64,000 bases of DNA, taken from contig CAWHHI010000012.1 of assembly GCA_963829055.1 (NCBI GenBank), positions 256,001 through 320,000 on the forward strand, written 5' to 3'. Shown one piece after another: positions 10,588 to 22,988 of the stretch (position 1 is the stretch's first letter; each line of letters begins with the position of its first letter). The notes under the pieces are model-generated. The model had not been told where the DNA came from and searched no databases. It saw only the letters and a program-made list of their open reading frames with translations. The stretch is from an uncultured Gemmatimonadaceae bacterium (lineage in GTDB: Bacteria > Gemmatimonadota > Gemmatimonadetes > Gemmatimonadales > Gemmatimonadaceae). Made by a program: the position numbers and the translations under genes.

Positions 10588-11356
10588 ATGACGCAGGCAC
10601 CCGCCGGCTACACGCGGTTCGTGCTCTCCGGCGCCGACGTCGTCGCGCTCGGCACCTGCGCGGACGCCGTTAGGCACGCGATCGGCGAGCGATCGCTGTA
10701 CGCGTACGCGGCCGCGCACCCGGCGCGACGCGAGTTGCGTGGCCGCGGCGCCGCCTACGCGGTTCCCCTCCCCGACGGTCAGACGCGCGTCGTCGTGCGA
10801 CATTCCCGCCACGGCGGCTTGCTCGCTCCCGTCACCGGCGATCGTTTCCTGCCACCGACGCGGGCGCCTCACGAGTTGAAAACGGCGCTGCGGCTCACCG
10901 ACTCGGGCGTCGCCACGCCGGAGGTGATCGCGTATGCCACGTATCCAGCCGGCACGCTCCTGCGGCGCAGCGACGTGGCCACCCGCGAGGTCGTCGGGGG
11001 ATCGGACCTGGGCGCCGTGCTGGCTGGCGGCGATGCCGCCGGACGCGCGTGCATCGGTCTGGACCGCGACGGCGGAGCTGCTGCACGCGCTCGAGCGTGC
11101 CGGCGCGCGGCATCCGGATCTGAACGTCGGGAACGTACTCATCGTCGAGAATGGCGACGGATCGCGCCGAGCACTCGTCCTCGACGTCGATCGAATGGTG
11201 TTCGGGCGCGCGAACGACCGTCGAATCGGCGCGGCGAACATCGCGCGCCTCGTGCGCTCGCTGCGGAAGCTCCGCTCGCAGAGGCGCCTAACGGTCACCG
11301 ACGACGAGATGGAGAAGCTCGCGGTGCTCGCGACGAAACGAGGTAACCAGGAGTGA
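10588..11356 (+). CDS. Lipopolysaccharide/Kdo kinase (InaA/KdkA family); frameshift near 11040
   Basis: GRGAAY, VVRHSRHGG, HPDLNVGNVL and VLDVDR motifs; adjacent to a GT9 gene. Confidence 0.8.
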
Positions 11357-12416
11357 CGCGGGAAACGCGCGCAACGCCGGCGCTCGAGCGCATCTGCATC
11401 GTGATGATGAGCGCAGTCGGCGATGCCGTTCACGTGCTGCCGGTCATCAACGCGCTCAAGCGCCACCGCCCATCGTCGCACATCACGTGGGTCCTTCAGC
11501 CTGGTCCGGCGACGCTCGTGCGCGGTCACCCCGCGATCGATGACATCATCCTGTTCGATCGGTCGAAGGGGATTCGGGCGTTCCTCGACGTTCGGCAGCG
11601 CACTCGCCACGCGGCGGTTCGACGTCGTGCTCGCACTGCAGGTCTACTTCAAGGCCGGCGTCGTGACGAGCTTCACGCACGCCGACGTGAAGCTCGGATT
11701 CGATCGTGCGCGGGCGCGCGATTTCAACTGGGCCTTTACCAATCGCAAGATCCCGCCGCACCACGCCGGCCAACACGTGCAGGATCAGTACTTCGAGTTT
11801 CTCACTGCGCTCGGCGTCCCGCACGAACCGGTGACGTGGAACCTCGGGCCGTGGCCGCTCGGAGCGCGCGTGGCAGCGTGACTTCTTCGCGCCGCTCACG
11901 CGCCCCGTTGCCGCCATCGTTGTCGCCACGAGCAAGCCGCAGAAAGACTGGCTCCCGGAGCGATGGGCCGAGGTGGTGGACGAGCTGTACGAAGCGCACG
12001 GGCTTCAGCCGGTTCTGGTCGGCGGCCGGTCGCCGCGCGAGGTCCACGCCGAGTCGGTGATCATGGAGCGGGCGCGCCACAAACCCGTGTCGGCGTTGGG
12101 CAGCGGCCTGCGCAATCTCGTGGGCATTCTGGACGGCGCCGCACTCGTACTCGCGCCGGACACGGGTCCGCTGCACATGGCCGTCGCACTCGACCGGCCC
12201 GTCGTTAGTCTGATCGGCTACACGAACCCGAAACGCACCGGGCCGTACCGACGCTTCCACGATCTCATTGTCGATGCGTACGGTGATCCCGGCGAGGACT
12301 ACCCGCTGTCGATGGAGACGCGCCTCGACCGCATGCCACGCATCACGGTACGCGACGTCATGGCGAAGGTCGAGCTGTGGCGGGCGCGTTATGCATCGCT
12401 GACGCTGACTCGGTGA
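11353..12416 (+). CDS. Glycosyltransferase family 9 (LPS heptosyltransferase); frameshifts near 11605 and 11860
   Basis: SAVGDAVH, FDVVLALQ and DTGPLHMAVA motifs spread over three frames. Confidence 0.85.
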
Positions 12417-13016
12417 TCGGCCCGAACCGATACTCGACCCCGAGCTGCGCCATGAGCCGCACCATCAGGCCTAACGCGAGCCCCATCACGGCGAAATAGT
12501 CGCCGTCCACGCGCTCGACGATCGTCGCGCCGAATCCCTGAATGCCGTACGCGCCCGCCTTGTCCATCGGTTCGCGCGTCGCGATGTAGCGCGTGATGTC
12601 ATCGTCGGTCAGGCGTCGGAACGTGACATCCACCGACTCGACGCCCGAAACGAGTCGACCGCCCCGTGCCACGGCGACTGCGGTGAGCACCACATGCGTG
12701 CGCCCGGACAACCGACGCAGCATCACCGCGGCGTCGCGCTCGTCACGCGGCTTTCCGAGAATGTCGCCGTCGACGACGACGATCGTGTCCGCACCGATGA
12801 CCACCGCATCGTGTTCGAGCTCCGCGACCGCGGTCGTTTTCTCGCGCGCGAGACGTTCGGCGTGCGCGCCGAGGTATTTCGCCCGCGTAAGCGCGTCTCG
12901 TCGATGTCGGCAGCGCGTACGGCATGTCGGACACCAATCAGCGTCAGGAGCTCGCGACGCCTTGGCGAGGATGACGCGAGGACGACTCGTGGACCGCTCA
13001 GCGGTTGCTCAGTCAT
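12358..13016 (-). CDS. maf: Maf family nucleoside triphosphate pyrophosphatase; frameshift near 12860-12890
   Basis: [41 protein letters not shown]. Confidence 0.9.
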
Positions 13017-13464
13017 CGCTCGAGCCACAACGTGACCGGTCCATCGTTCACGAGCTCCACATCCATCATGGCGCCGAACTCTCCGGTTTCCACGTGAAGA
13101 CCGCCGGAACGAAGCAATGCGATGAAACGCTCGTACAGCGGAATCGCCAGCTCCGGCCGCGCGGCGTCGATGAAGCTCGGGCGCCTCCCCTTCCGCGAGT
13201 CCCCGTAGAGCGTGAACTGCGAGACCACGAGTACCGACCCAGCGACGTCCGCGAGCGCTAGGTTCATCTTGTCCTCCGCATCCGCGAACAGGCGGAGACC
13301 TGTTACCTTCTCCGCCATCCACGTGCAATGGTCGTCGGTGTCGGTGGCGGTGAATCCCACGAGCAGTACGTACCCGCGCTCGATTCGACCGCTGACGCGT
13401 GGCGCGCTGCGGTCTCACGAATCCGGACTTCGGCCCTGCTCACACGTTGCAAGAGCACACGCAT
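13013..13464 (-). CDS. dtd: D-aminoacyl-tRNA deacylase; frameshift near 13410
   Basis: [37 protein letters not shown]. Confidence 0.93.
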
Positions 13465-13736
13465 ACGGTCTCGCCCTTCTGGTCCTGTGCAGCATCTTTG
13501 TGTCCTGGAACCGCAACGCAAAACGGCCCGGGTGCCGGATTCCGCTCCTCCCCCGGCGGCCCGAATACTGCTTGCGACGCCAGTAGCTCGCCATTCCGAC
13601 ACTCGGGAAATTGGGGAGATGTCGCCCGAGGTGGCCACGCTTTCGCGATGCTCTCGCGCATGGCTGTACCATGAGAGCGCCCCGTTAGCCTACCAGGACA
13701 CAGAGTCCGCCCTTCAGGACGAGACCAGCGAGCTCT

Positions 13737-15207
13737 ATGGCGCACGGCGGCGATTGGGTGGCTAGCAACATCGACGGGGAGGCGATGGCCGAGGCGGCGG
13801 CGCACACGCCTGGTGCCCCCGCCCGCGACGGTGTTGCCACGCCGCCGTCCACCTCAGAGGCCGGGCCGTTCAAGACATCCCGGTTGTCATCGAGTGACCT
13901 GGCGCGCCTCATCGTGCGCGGCGGTGTCTGGTCGCTCATCATTTCCGCGAGCGGCGCGGCGCTCTCGCTCGGCGTCCATCTCATACTGGCGCGCGTACTT
14001 GGAAGCGAAGAATACGGACGCTACGTGTTCGCGCTCGCGTGGATGAACGTCCTGTTGCTGGTAGGAAAATTCGAGCTCGACACGGCGTCGGTTCGGTTCG
14101 TGGGCGCGTATTCGGGAACCGATCAATGGGCGTTTCTGCGCGGGTTCCTCACTCGAAGCTCCCAGATCGTCTTCCTCATGTCGGTCGGGATCATGCTGGC
14201 CAGCGCGGTGCTGATCGGCGTACTGATGGGCCAATTCGAGCGCGGTACAGCCCTCAGCTTTCTCGCGGCGAGCCTGCTCCTCCCCGTGTCGGCCATGGGG
14301 CAGCTCAAGGCCAGCGCACTCCAGGGATTCAAGCACGTCGTGCGCTCGCAGGCGCCGAGCATGGTCGTTCGGCCGGTGGTATTCGTTCTCGGCATTGTTG
14401 TCTTGCACTATGGCTTCCAGCGCTCCGTGAGCGCTCCTGTTGCCATTCTCCTACAATTTGCCGCAACGACTGTTGCGCTGGTTCTGACGATCTGGTTTCT
14501 CCAGACCGTGATGCCGGATCGCCTGCGGCAGGCGACTGAAGCGTTCGACACGCGCTATTGGATGAAGACGGCCGCGGGACTGCTCGTCATCTCCGGTGGG
14601 CAGACCATCCTCTCTACAAACGCGGACGTCCTGGTCGTGGGGAGCTTGCTCGGTCCCGAGCTCGCCGGGCGCTACGGGGCCGCGAGCCAGCTCGCATCCG
14701 CGGTGAGCTTTGGCGTGTCGGCGATCTCGTTCATCGCCTTGCCCTTCATTGCCGACCTGTACGCGCGTCAGGCAATGGGGCAACTGCAAGCGTTGATCAG
14801 CCACGTCGCGCGGCTGGCGTTGATCCTGTCGGTACCGGTGCTCGTCGTGCTCGTCGTCGGTGCGCGACCCGTGATGTCGGCATTCGGGCCCGTCGTTCGC
14901 CGACGCATCATGGCTCCTCGTACTGCTCGGATTCGACCAGCTGATCGGCGCGCTGTTCGGCATCGCCGGATATCTGCTGGTCATGACGGGCCATCAGGTC
15001 ACAGCCGCGCGCGTCATCGTCGGCTGCGCGGTTCTCAACCTGCTCCTGACGTTCGTGCTCACGCCGTGGCTCGGCACCATGGGCGCCGGCCTGGCAACGA
15101 CGCTCACGACACTCGCCCGGTGCTATCTCCTCGTGACGCGGATGCGCTCGGCGCTCGGCCTGAGCCTGTCGCCGTGGGCATCCCGAACAGCGGCGCCCGC
15201 TGCGTAG
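13737..15207 (+). CDS. Polysaccharide/oligosaccharide flippase (Wzx/MOP superfamily); frameshift(s) near 14890-14935
   Basis: LARVLGSEEYG, many TM helices, ADVLVVGSLLG, AGRYGAA, NLLLTFVLTPWLGTMGAG. Confidence 0.8.
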
Positions 15208-15212
15208 TCCCG

Positions 15213-15245
15213 TGGCGCCGTCCGCCTAACGGTGGACGGGCGCCA
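15213..15245. terminator. GC-rich hairpin between convergent flippase and glmS genes
   Basis: TGGCGCCGTCCGCC-TAAC-GGTGGACGGGCGCCA; no U-tract. Confidence 0.5.
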
Positions 15246-15262
15246 TGCCGCGCGATATCGCG

Positions 15263-17089
<1,827 letters not shown>

Positions 17090-17110
17090 GGTACGTTGAG
17101 CTAGAGTGAC

Positions 17111-18481
17111 TCAGGCAGTGAGCGCATCGAGCGGTTCGCGCGAGCGCGCGACGAGTGCACGCGCCGCGTCCACCGACGGCGCCTCGGCAATGACGCGCAC
17201 GATTGGTTCCGTTCCTGACGGGCGGATGTGGACCCAGCTGTCCGGCCAGGACAGTCGAAGTCCGTCCTGCGTGTCGACGTGTGCCCCGGTAAATGTCTTC
17301 CGTAGTGCTTCGTACACCGCATCCAGCGCGACGGGTGGACGATCGAGCTTGTCCTTCACGATCGCGTAACGCGGGTACTGAGAGACGATCTCCGACAGCG
17401 TTTCTTCACCTTCCGACAGCAACTGCAGCACCAGCGCGGCGGCCAACGGCGCATCCCGCCCAAGGTGCAACTCGGGCAGGATCACGCCACCGTTGCCCTC
17501 GCCACCGACAACGGCCTTCTCGTCGCGCATACGAATCGCGACGTTCACCTCGCCCACCGGCGCCCTGACGACTCGGCCGCCAGCCCTCGCCGCAATGTCG
17601 TCGACAATCCGACTCGTCGAGAGATTCGTTACAACCGTGCCCGGCCGCTGCGAGAGCACGACTCGGGCCGCAAGCGCGAGCGTGTAATCCTCGCCAATCG
17701 CGACCCCACCGTTGGCCACCAGCGCGAGTCGGTCGACGTCAGGGTCAACCGCGAAACCCACGTCCGCACCGGAGCTCGCGACGAGTCGCTCCAACTCCCC
17801 CAGGTTCTCCGGAACTGGTTCGGGCGGGCGTGGAAAGCGACCGTCCGGCTCGAGGTTAATGACCGTGACCTGGCAGCCCAGTCGTTCCAGCAGCGCCGGC
17901 ATGATCACCGCGCCGGCCCCTCGGCAGCAGTCCAGCGCCACCCGAAGCTTTCTCGCGCGAATGCGCGCCCCGTCGATCATCGGCAGCGCGAGAACGGCAT
18001 CGATGTGGCGCAACGGAGCTTCGTCGTCGGCTTCAACGAGGCCCAGCCGCTCCCAGGTCGCACGGGCGAACGGCTGACCGACCAGTGAACGCATGGCTGT
18101 CCCTTCGATCGCATCGAGGAACAGGCCCGTGGAGCCCACGAACTTGAGCGCGTTCCACTCGATCGGGTTGTGGCTGGCCGAGATCATGAGGCCGCCGCCA
18201 GCGTGATGGTGTTCGACAGCGAGCTGACAGGTTGGGGTCGTTGTAAGCCCCAGATCGATCACGCGGACGCCGACGGACTGGAGGGCGGCAATGACGCAGC
18301 GATGGAACATGGGGCCCGAGACGCGGCTGTCCCGACCGACCACGACCGGTTTCGTGCGGTCGGCCGCGGCCACCCAAGCCCCGAACGCTGAGGCATAGCT
18401 CGTTACGACTTCCGGAGTTAGGCCAGCACCAACGCGCCCGCGGATTCCCGAAACGCTCACCATCAACTGTTCAGCCGCCAT
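17111..18481 (-). CDS. glmM: Phosphoglucosamine mutase/phosphomannomutase family
   Basis: SGIRG, GRDSR, SASHNP, DPDVDR, GEGNGG, RPSGTEP; GGAGG RBS before the ATG at 18481; directly upstream of glmS. Confidence 0.85.
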   Translation of the reverse strand: MAAEQLMVSVSGIRGRVGAGLTPEVVTSYASAFGAWVAAADRTKPVVVGRDSRVSGPMFHRCVIAALQSVGVRVIDLGLTTTPTCQLAVEHHHAGGGLMISASHNPIEWNALKFVGSTGLFLDAIEGTAMRSLVGQPFARATWERLGLVEADDEAPLRHIDAVLALPMIDGARIRARKLRVALDCCRGAGAVIMPALLERLGCQVTVINLEPDGRFPRPPEPVPENLGELERLVASSGADVGFAVDPDVDRLALVANGGVAIGEDYTLALAARVVLSQRPGTVVTNLSTSRIVDDIAARAGGRVVRAPVGEVNVAIRMRDEKAVVGGEGNGGVILPELHLGRDAPLAAALVLQLLSEGEETLSEIVSQYPRYAIVKDKLDRPPVALDAVYEALRKTFTGAHVDTQDGLRLSWPDSWVHIRPSGTEPIVRVIAEAPSVDAARALVARSREPLDALTA

Positions 18482-18713
18482 TCGCCCTCCAATGCAATGT
18501 CGCAAAGGTAGTGGGCACCGGGGGGTGGGCAAGCGCGAATCCAAGCCACGTCCAGGTCGATTCCGGCCACGGTGACTGTGCTCCGCGTGTGTCGTCTCCA
18601 TCGAGCAGCTGGGCACGCCAGTAGCGTCGCCCATCGTCGCGTCACACCGGAGGAACGTCCTGTCTTCGTCGTCGCTCGGAGCGCGAGCGTCGCGACTCCC
18701 CTTTCGCTGGAAG

Positions 18714-20405
18714 ATGGCTGGGGTCAGCGCGGCCGCGGTGCTGCTCACGCTGATCGTCGTTCTCTTGCCAGTCTACACGCGCTCGCGCGACAACCTCGCG
18801 GAAGTGCATGGCCAGCGACTCGCCGCCATCGCGCGCAGCACGAGCGTGGCGATCTCGGCGGACTCGCTCGACGTCATCGCGCAGCCGGGCGGGCAGAACA
18901 CCGAAGCGTTCATCGCGACACGCGCGGCGCTGAAGCGGCTCTGGTCTGTCAACGGCGGTGACGTGAGCGAGCTGGCGAATGGGATCGCGGTCATCCGTCG
19001 CACCGGGAACGGGTACCGGTACCTTGCGCACTCCTCATGGAATGCCGGGCAACCGCAGTACACCACGGGCTGGCTTCCCCCCGACTCGCTGGTTGACGCA
19101 CTACGCGGCGGACGCGGCGGCGTGAGTCCGCTGGTACGTGATGACGCCGGTGAGCTGCTCACCGCCGCGGCACCCGTCAACCGCGCCGACGGCTCGGTCG
19201 CCGGTTTCGTGATCACCACCATGCGTGCGGACGTCTTCCTGAGCGAGATCCGGAGCACGCTCATCCGCTTCACGATCTATCCGCTGCTGGCGTTCCTCCT
19301 TCCCGTCGCGCTGTCCTTCTGGGCTGCGTCGCGCCTAACGCGCGGCATCGACGCCGTGGCCGCGCATGCGGACGCCGTCGCGCGTGGCGGGCTCCGCCGC
19401 GAGCTCGGCTTCACGTCGGGCGACGAAGTCGGGCGACTTGCGGATTCGGTCCGCCGGATGACGTCGAGCCTCCGCTCGCTCCTGCGCGACATCGACGGCG
19501 GTGCCGGCGAGGTCGCCGCGACGGCCGAGCAGCTCGCGTCAGGCGCGCAGCAGATGAGCGCCAGCACGGAGCAGGTTGCTGGGGCGGCGCACTCCATCGC
19601 GGAGTCCGTCGGCACGCAGACGCGCGGCATCGGCGCGGTGGCGGCCGGCTCATCACGTCTCGCCGAGCGTGCGTCACGTGTGGCCGACCACGCGCGCAGT
19701 GCTCAACGAGCGGGCGATTCTGTCGTGACATCCGCCCGTCGCGGGGCACAATCGGCGGCAGAGGCCCTCGAGAGCATGGCGTCGATCAGCGCCGTGACGA
19801 ACGAGGCGGTCCCGGTAGTCGCCGAGCTCGGCGAAAAGTCACAGAGGATCGGCAAGATGACCGACACGATTGGGGCGATCGCGCGTCAGACGAATCTCCT
19901 CGCGCTCAACGCCGCGATCGAGGCGGCGAGAGCTGGCGAGCACGGCAAGGGTTTCGCAGTCGTCGCGGATGAAGTGCGCAAGCTCGCCGGCGAGAGCGCA
20001 CGCGCGCTCGATACGATTCGCAAGCTCGCCGGCGAGATGCGCAGCGCTTCGCTCCGCACCGCGGAGCGCATCGCCCTCGTCAGCGATCGCGTGACGAACG
20101 GCGAGTCGGTCATTCGCACCTCGGCCGCATCGCTGACGCGCATCTCGACCGAGATCGAGAGCAGCCGCGACGCGATCGCGCTCATCGTCGATGCGAGCGA
20201 CGCGCAGCGCGAGGAAGCGGACGCGCTCGCCCGGGAGATCGAGGCGATTGCCGCGGTCGCCGACCAGAACGCGGCGACGTCGCAGGAAGTGAGTGCGGTC
20301 GTGCAGCAGCAGACCGCATCGATGACCCATGTCTCCGAATCCAGCCAACACCTGGCGGAGATCGCGAATCGCCTCAAAGGTGCGATGACGCGCTTCGAGC
20401 TATAA
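18714..20405 (+). CDS. Methyl-accepting chemotaxis protein (TM-sensor-TM-HAMP-signalling); true start may be near 18660
   Basis: [48 protein letters not shown]. Confidence 0.93.
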   Translation: MAGVSAAAVLLTLIVVLLPVYTRSRDNLAEVHGQRLAAIARSTSVAISADSLDVIAQPGGQNTEAFIATRAALKRLWSVNGGDVSELANGIAVIRRTGNGYRYLAHSSWNAGQPQYTTGWLPPDSLVDALRGGRGGVSPLVRDDAGELLTAAAPVNRADGSVAGFVITTMRADVFLSEIRSTLIRFTIYPLLAFLLPVALSFWAASRLTRGIDAVAAHADAVARGGLRRELGFTSGDEVGRLADSVRRMTSSLRSLLRDIDGGAGEVAATAEQLASGAQQMSASTEQVAGAAHSIAESVGTQTRGIGAVAAGSSRLAERASRVADHARSAQRAGDSVVTSARRGAQSAAEALESMASISAVTNEAVPVVAELGEKSQRIGKMTDTIGAIARQTNLLALNAAIEAARAGEHGKGFAVVADEVRKLAGESARALDTIRKLAGEMRSASLRTAERIALVSDRVTNGESVIRTSAASLTRISTEIESSRDAIALIVDASDAQREEADALAREIEAIAAVADQNAATSQEVSAVVQQQTASMTHVSESSQHLAEIANRLKGAMTRFEL

Positions 20406-20416
20406 GCTTCTCGGCC

Positions 20417-21887
20417 GTGAGTGATCCTCTCGGCCTCCTCCCAATTGCTGTTGCCGCCGGCGGCGGACACGTCGACGGTTTCGAAGCGCAGCAACTCGTC
20501 GCGGCAGGGCTTACCCTGCTCCAGCGATGCGCGCCACTCGTGCGCGCGTTGCAGCGTCGCCGCTCCGCGATTTTACTGCCGACGTCGCCCGCGTTCGTGA
20601 CGGCGCTCGCGGCTTCCGAAGGGCGTGGTGCGGTTCTCATCAACCCGCTCGCGTCCGCTCCCGAGGTGGCGTATCAGATCGCCGACGCGAGCGTCGGCGC
20701 GGTGTTCACGACCGCGGATCTCGCGCGCCGCGTACCCGATCACGTTCCCCGTGTGCTGCTCGACGACGCGCCGCGAACGGCGCGCTTCGTCGCGGACGCT
20801 GGCTCTCGCGACGTGGATCTCGGGTCGCATCACGGCCTGACGTTGGAAGGCGATGCGGACGCGGTCGGCGCGAAGGAGGAGGCGGCGATCGTCTACACGT
20901 CCGCGTTGGCCGGTACGTTGTTAGGCGCGTCACTGACGCATCACAACTTGCTCTCGAACGCGCGTGCCACCATGACCGCGGCGGCAATGACACGCGACAG
21001 CCACGCTCTCGCCGTCCTGCCCTTCGCTCACTTGTTCGGCCTCGTCGTATCGGGAGCGGCGCCGCTGTTGGCGGGCGGCCGCGTGACGACGATGGCCCGC
21101 TTCAACCCCGGACGCGCGATCGAGCTGCTGGAGAGCGAGTCGATCTCGGAGCTGGTCGCGGTGCCGTCCGTTTTCGCGGCTATCGTCGCACTCCTCGACC
21201 GACGGAACGCACCACTACGAGGCGAGCGCCTCCGGCTCTGCATCTGCGGCGGCGCGCCGCTCGACGTCGCACTCCAGGACCGGTGGTATGACGTGACGGG
21301 GACCGAGCTGCGACAGGGGTACGGTCTCACAGAAGCTGGGCCGGTCTGCCTGTTCAACCGTGTCGATCAGCCGAACCGGCGCGGCACGTTAGGCGTTCCC
21401 TTCCCCGGCGTCCGCGTTTCCGTCCGGGCGGATGCCGGCGGCGCGGAGCTACCGCCGGATGTCGAAGGTGAGATCTGCATCGCGGGACCTAACGTGTTCG
21501 CCGGCTACGTGAACGCGGCCGCCCACCCCGTCAGGCCGGACGATCCCTGGAGCGCGGGGTTGCGACCGCGATGGTGAGTGGCTCCGCACCGGGGACCGCG
21601 GTGTTCGGAACGGCGATGGCACCGTTTCGTTTCGCGGCGTGCTCAAGCCGATGTTCACGCGAAACGGGTTCAACGTCTACCCGCGGGAGCTGGAACGCGT
21701 GGTCGGGGCGATGCCGGGCGTGCGCAGCGTGCGCGTGATCCCAATTCCCGACCCGCTTCGCGAGAACGACATCACCCTCGAGATCGAGGGCGACGTCACG
21801 GAGGCGGACGTGAAGGCATGGTGTGACGTACAGCTCGCCGCGTACAAGCGACCGTCCGCCATCACCGTTCTCGCCAGCATCGCCTAA
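20417..21887 (+). CDS. AMP-binding (acyl-CoA synthetase-like) protein with degenerate motifs; frameshift near 21565
   Basis: LPFAHLFG, CGGAPL, QGYGLTEA, GEICIAGPNVFAGY, WLRTGD, GFNVYPRELE. Confidence 0.82.
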
Positions 21888-21905
21888 CGCCGGACGACCT
21901 TCGGC

Positions 21906-22964
21906 TCAGTGGGCCAGGGCGCCGGTCGGCGACAGATCGATCGCGCCCGAGTCGAGCGCCTCGAAGAACGCCGCGACACAGATCGGGTCGAACTGTGTCC
22001 CGCTGCACCGTCGCAGCTCAGCCAGGGTGTCCTGGAGTGGAACTCCCGGGCGGTACGGGCGAACGCTGGTCATCGCGTCGAACGTATCGGCGACGGCCGC
22101 AATGCGAGCTTCGAGCGGAATCGCGTCTCCACTCATGCCATCGGGGATTCCGCTCCCATCGTACTTCTCGTGGTGCCAGCGCACGATGTTGAGCGCCATC
22201 GGCATGTCTCCGAGGAGTGGCGAGAGGATGCGCCAACCGACGATTGGATGCGTCATGATGTGGTCGTACTCGACGTCGGTCAGCGGGCCGGGCTTGTTCA
22301 ACACCGCTTCGCGGACGCCGATCTTGCCGATGTCGTGGACCCGTCCGCCAATCTCGATCTCGCGGAGCGCATCCGGGCTCATGCCGATCGCCTGAGCGAT
22401 CGCGACCGAATAGCGACTGACGCGTAACGAGTGGCCGTGCGTGTACGTGTCCTTGACTTCGAGCGCGTCGGCCAGCGATTGAATGCTGGCGAGAAAGAAC
22501 GCTTCCAGGCGGTGTGCCTGCTCCGCGACACGCGCTTCGAGACTCTGCTGATAGCCGCGGTTTTCGAGAATCAGTCGCCGCTTCTCGAGTGCCTGACGCA
22601 CTCGCGCTCGAACCTCGTCGAGGTGGAACGGCTTCGTCAGATAATCCATCGCGCCTACCGCCAGCGCGCTGACCGCGGTTGCCACATCTGCAACAGCGGT
22701 GATCATGATGATGGCCGTATCGGGGTGCCGCTCGCGAGCTTCGCGCAGCAGGCCCATCCCATCCAGCTCGGGCATGTGGAGATCCGACAGGAGCAGCGTC
22801 GGTCGCACACTCTCCAGCAGATCGAGTGCAACGCGGCCGTTGGGGGCCTCGTGACACGAGAACCCCTCCCCCTGCATGAGCCGCACGAGCACTCGGCGCA
22901 GGTGAGCCTCGTCGTCGGCGACTACGCAGTGCAGCGCCGTTCCCGTCGAATTATCTTGACCCAT
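21906..22964 (-). CDS. Response regulator with HD-GYP-type phosphodiesterase domain (RpfG-like)
   Basis: REC (VADDE, DLHMP, KPF) plus YTHGHS, HDIGKIG, HHEKYDGSGIP, ADTFDAMTSVRPYR. Confidence 0.92.
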   Translation of the reverse strand: MGQDNSTGTALHCVVADDEAHLRRVLVRLMQGEGFSCHEAPNGRVALDLLESVRPTLLLSDLHMPELDGMGLLREARERHPDTAIIMITAVADVATAVSALAVGAMDYLTKPFHLDEVRARVRQALEKRRLILENRGYQQSLEARVAEQAHRLEAFFLASIQSLADALEVKDTYTHGHSLRVSRYSVAIAQAIGMSPDALREIEIGGRVHDIGKIGVREAVLNKPGPLTDVEYDHIMTHPIVGWRILSPLLGDMPMALNIVRWHHEKYDGSGIPDGMSGDAIPLEARIAAVADTFDAMTSVRPYRPGVPLQDTLAELRRCSGTQFDPICVAAFFEALDSGAIDLSPTGALAH

Positions 22965-22988
22965 TCACCACCCGGACAGAGCAAACGA

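Noticed and set aside
13465..13736. tRNA or known ncRNA in the larger intergenic gaps (also 50059-50259 and 61616-61797)
   Set aside because: I could not find a cloverleaf, a T-loop in tRNA context or a recognisable riboswitch core; these are probably promoter regions.
17090..17110. glmS ribozyme
   Set aside because: Only about 21 bp separate glmM and glmS, which is too short.
22431..22988. N-terminal extension of the cystathionine lyase ORF
   Set aside because: It is antisense to the HD-GYP regulator; family similarity starts at the ATG at 22989.
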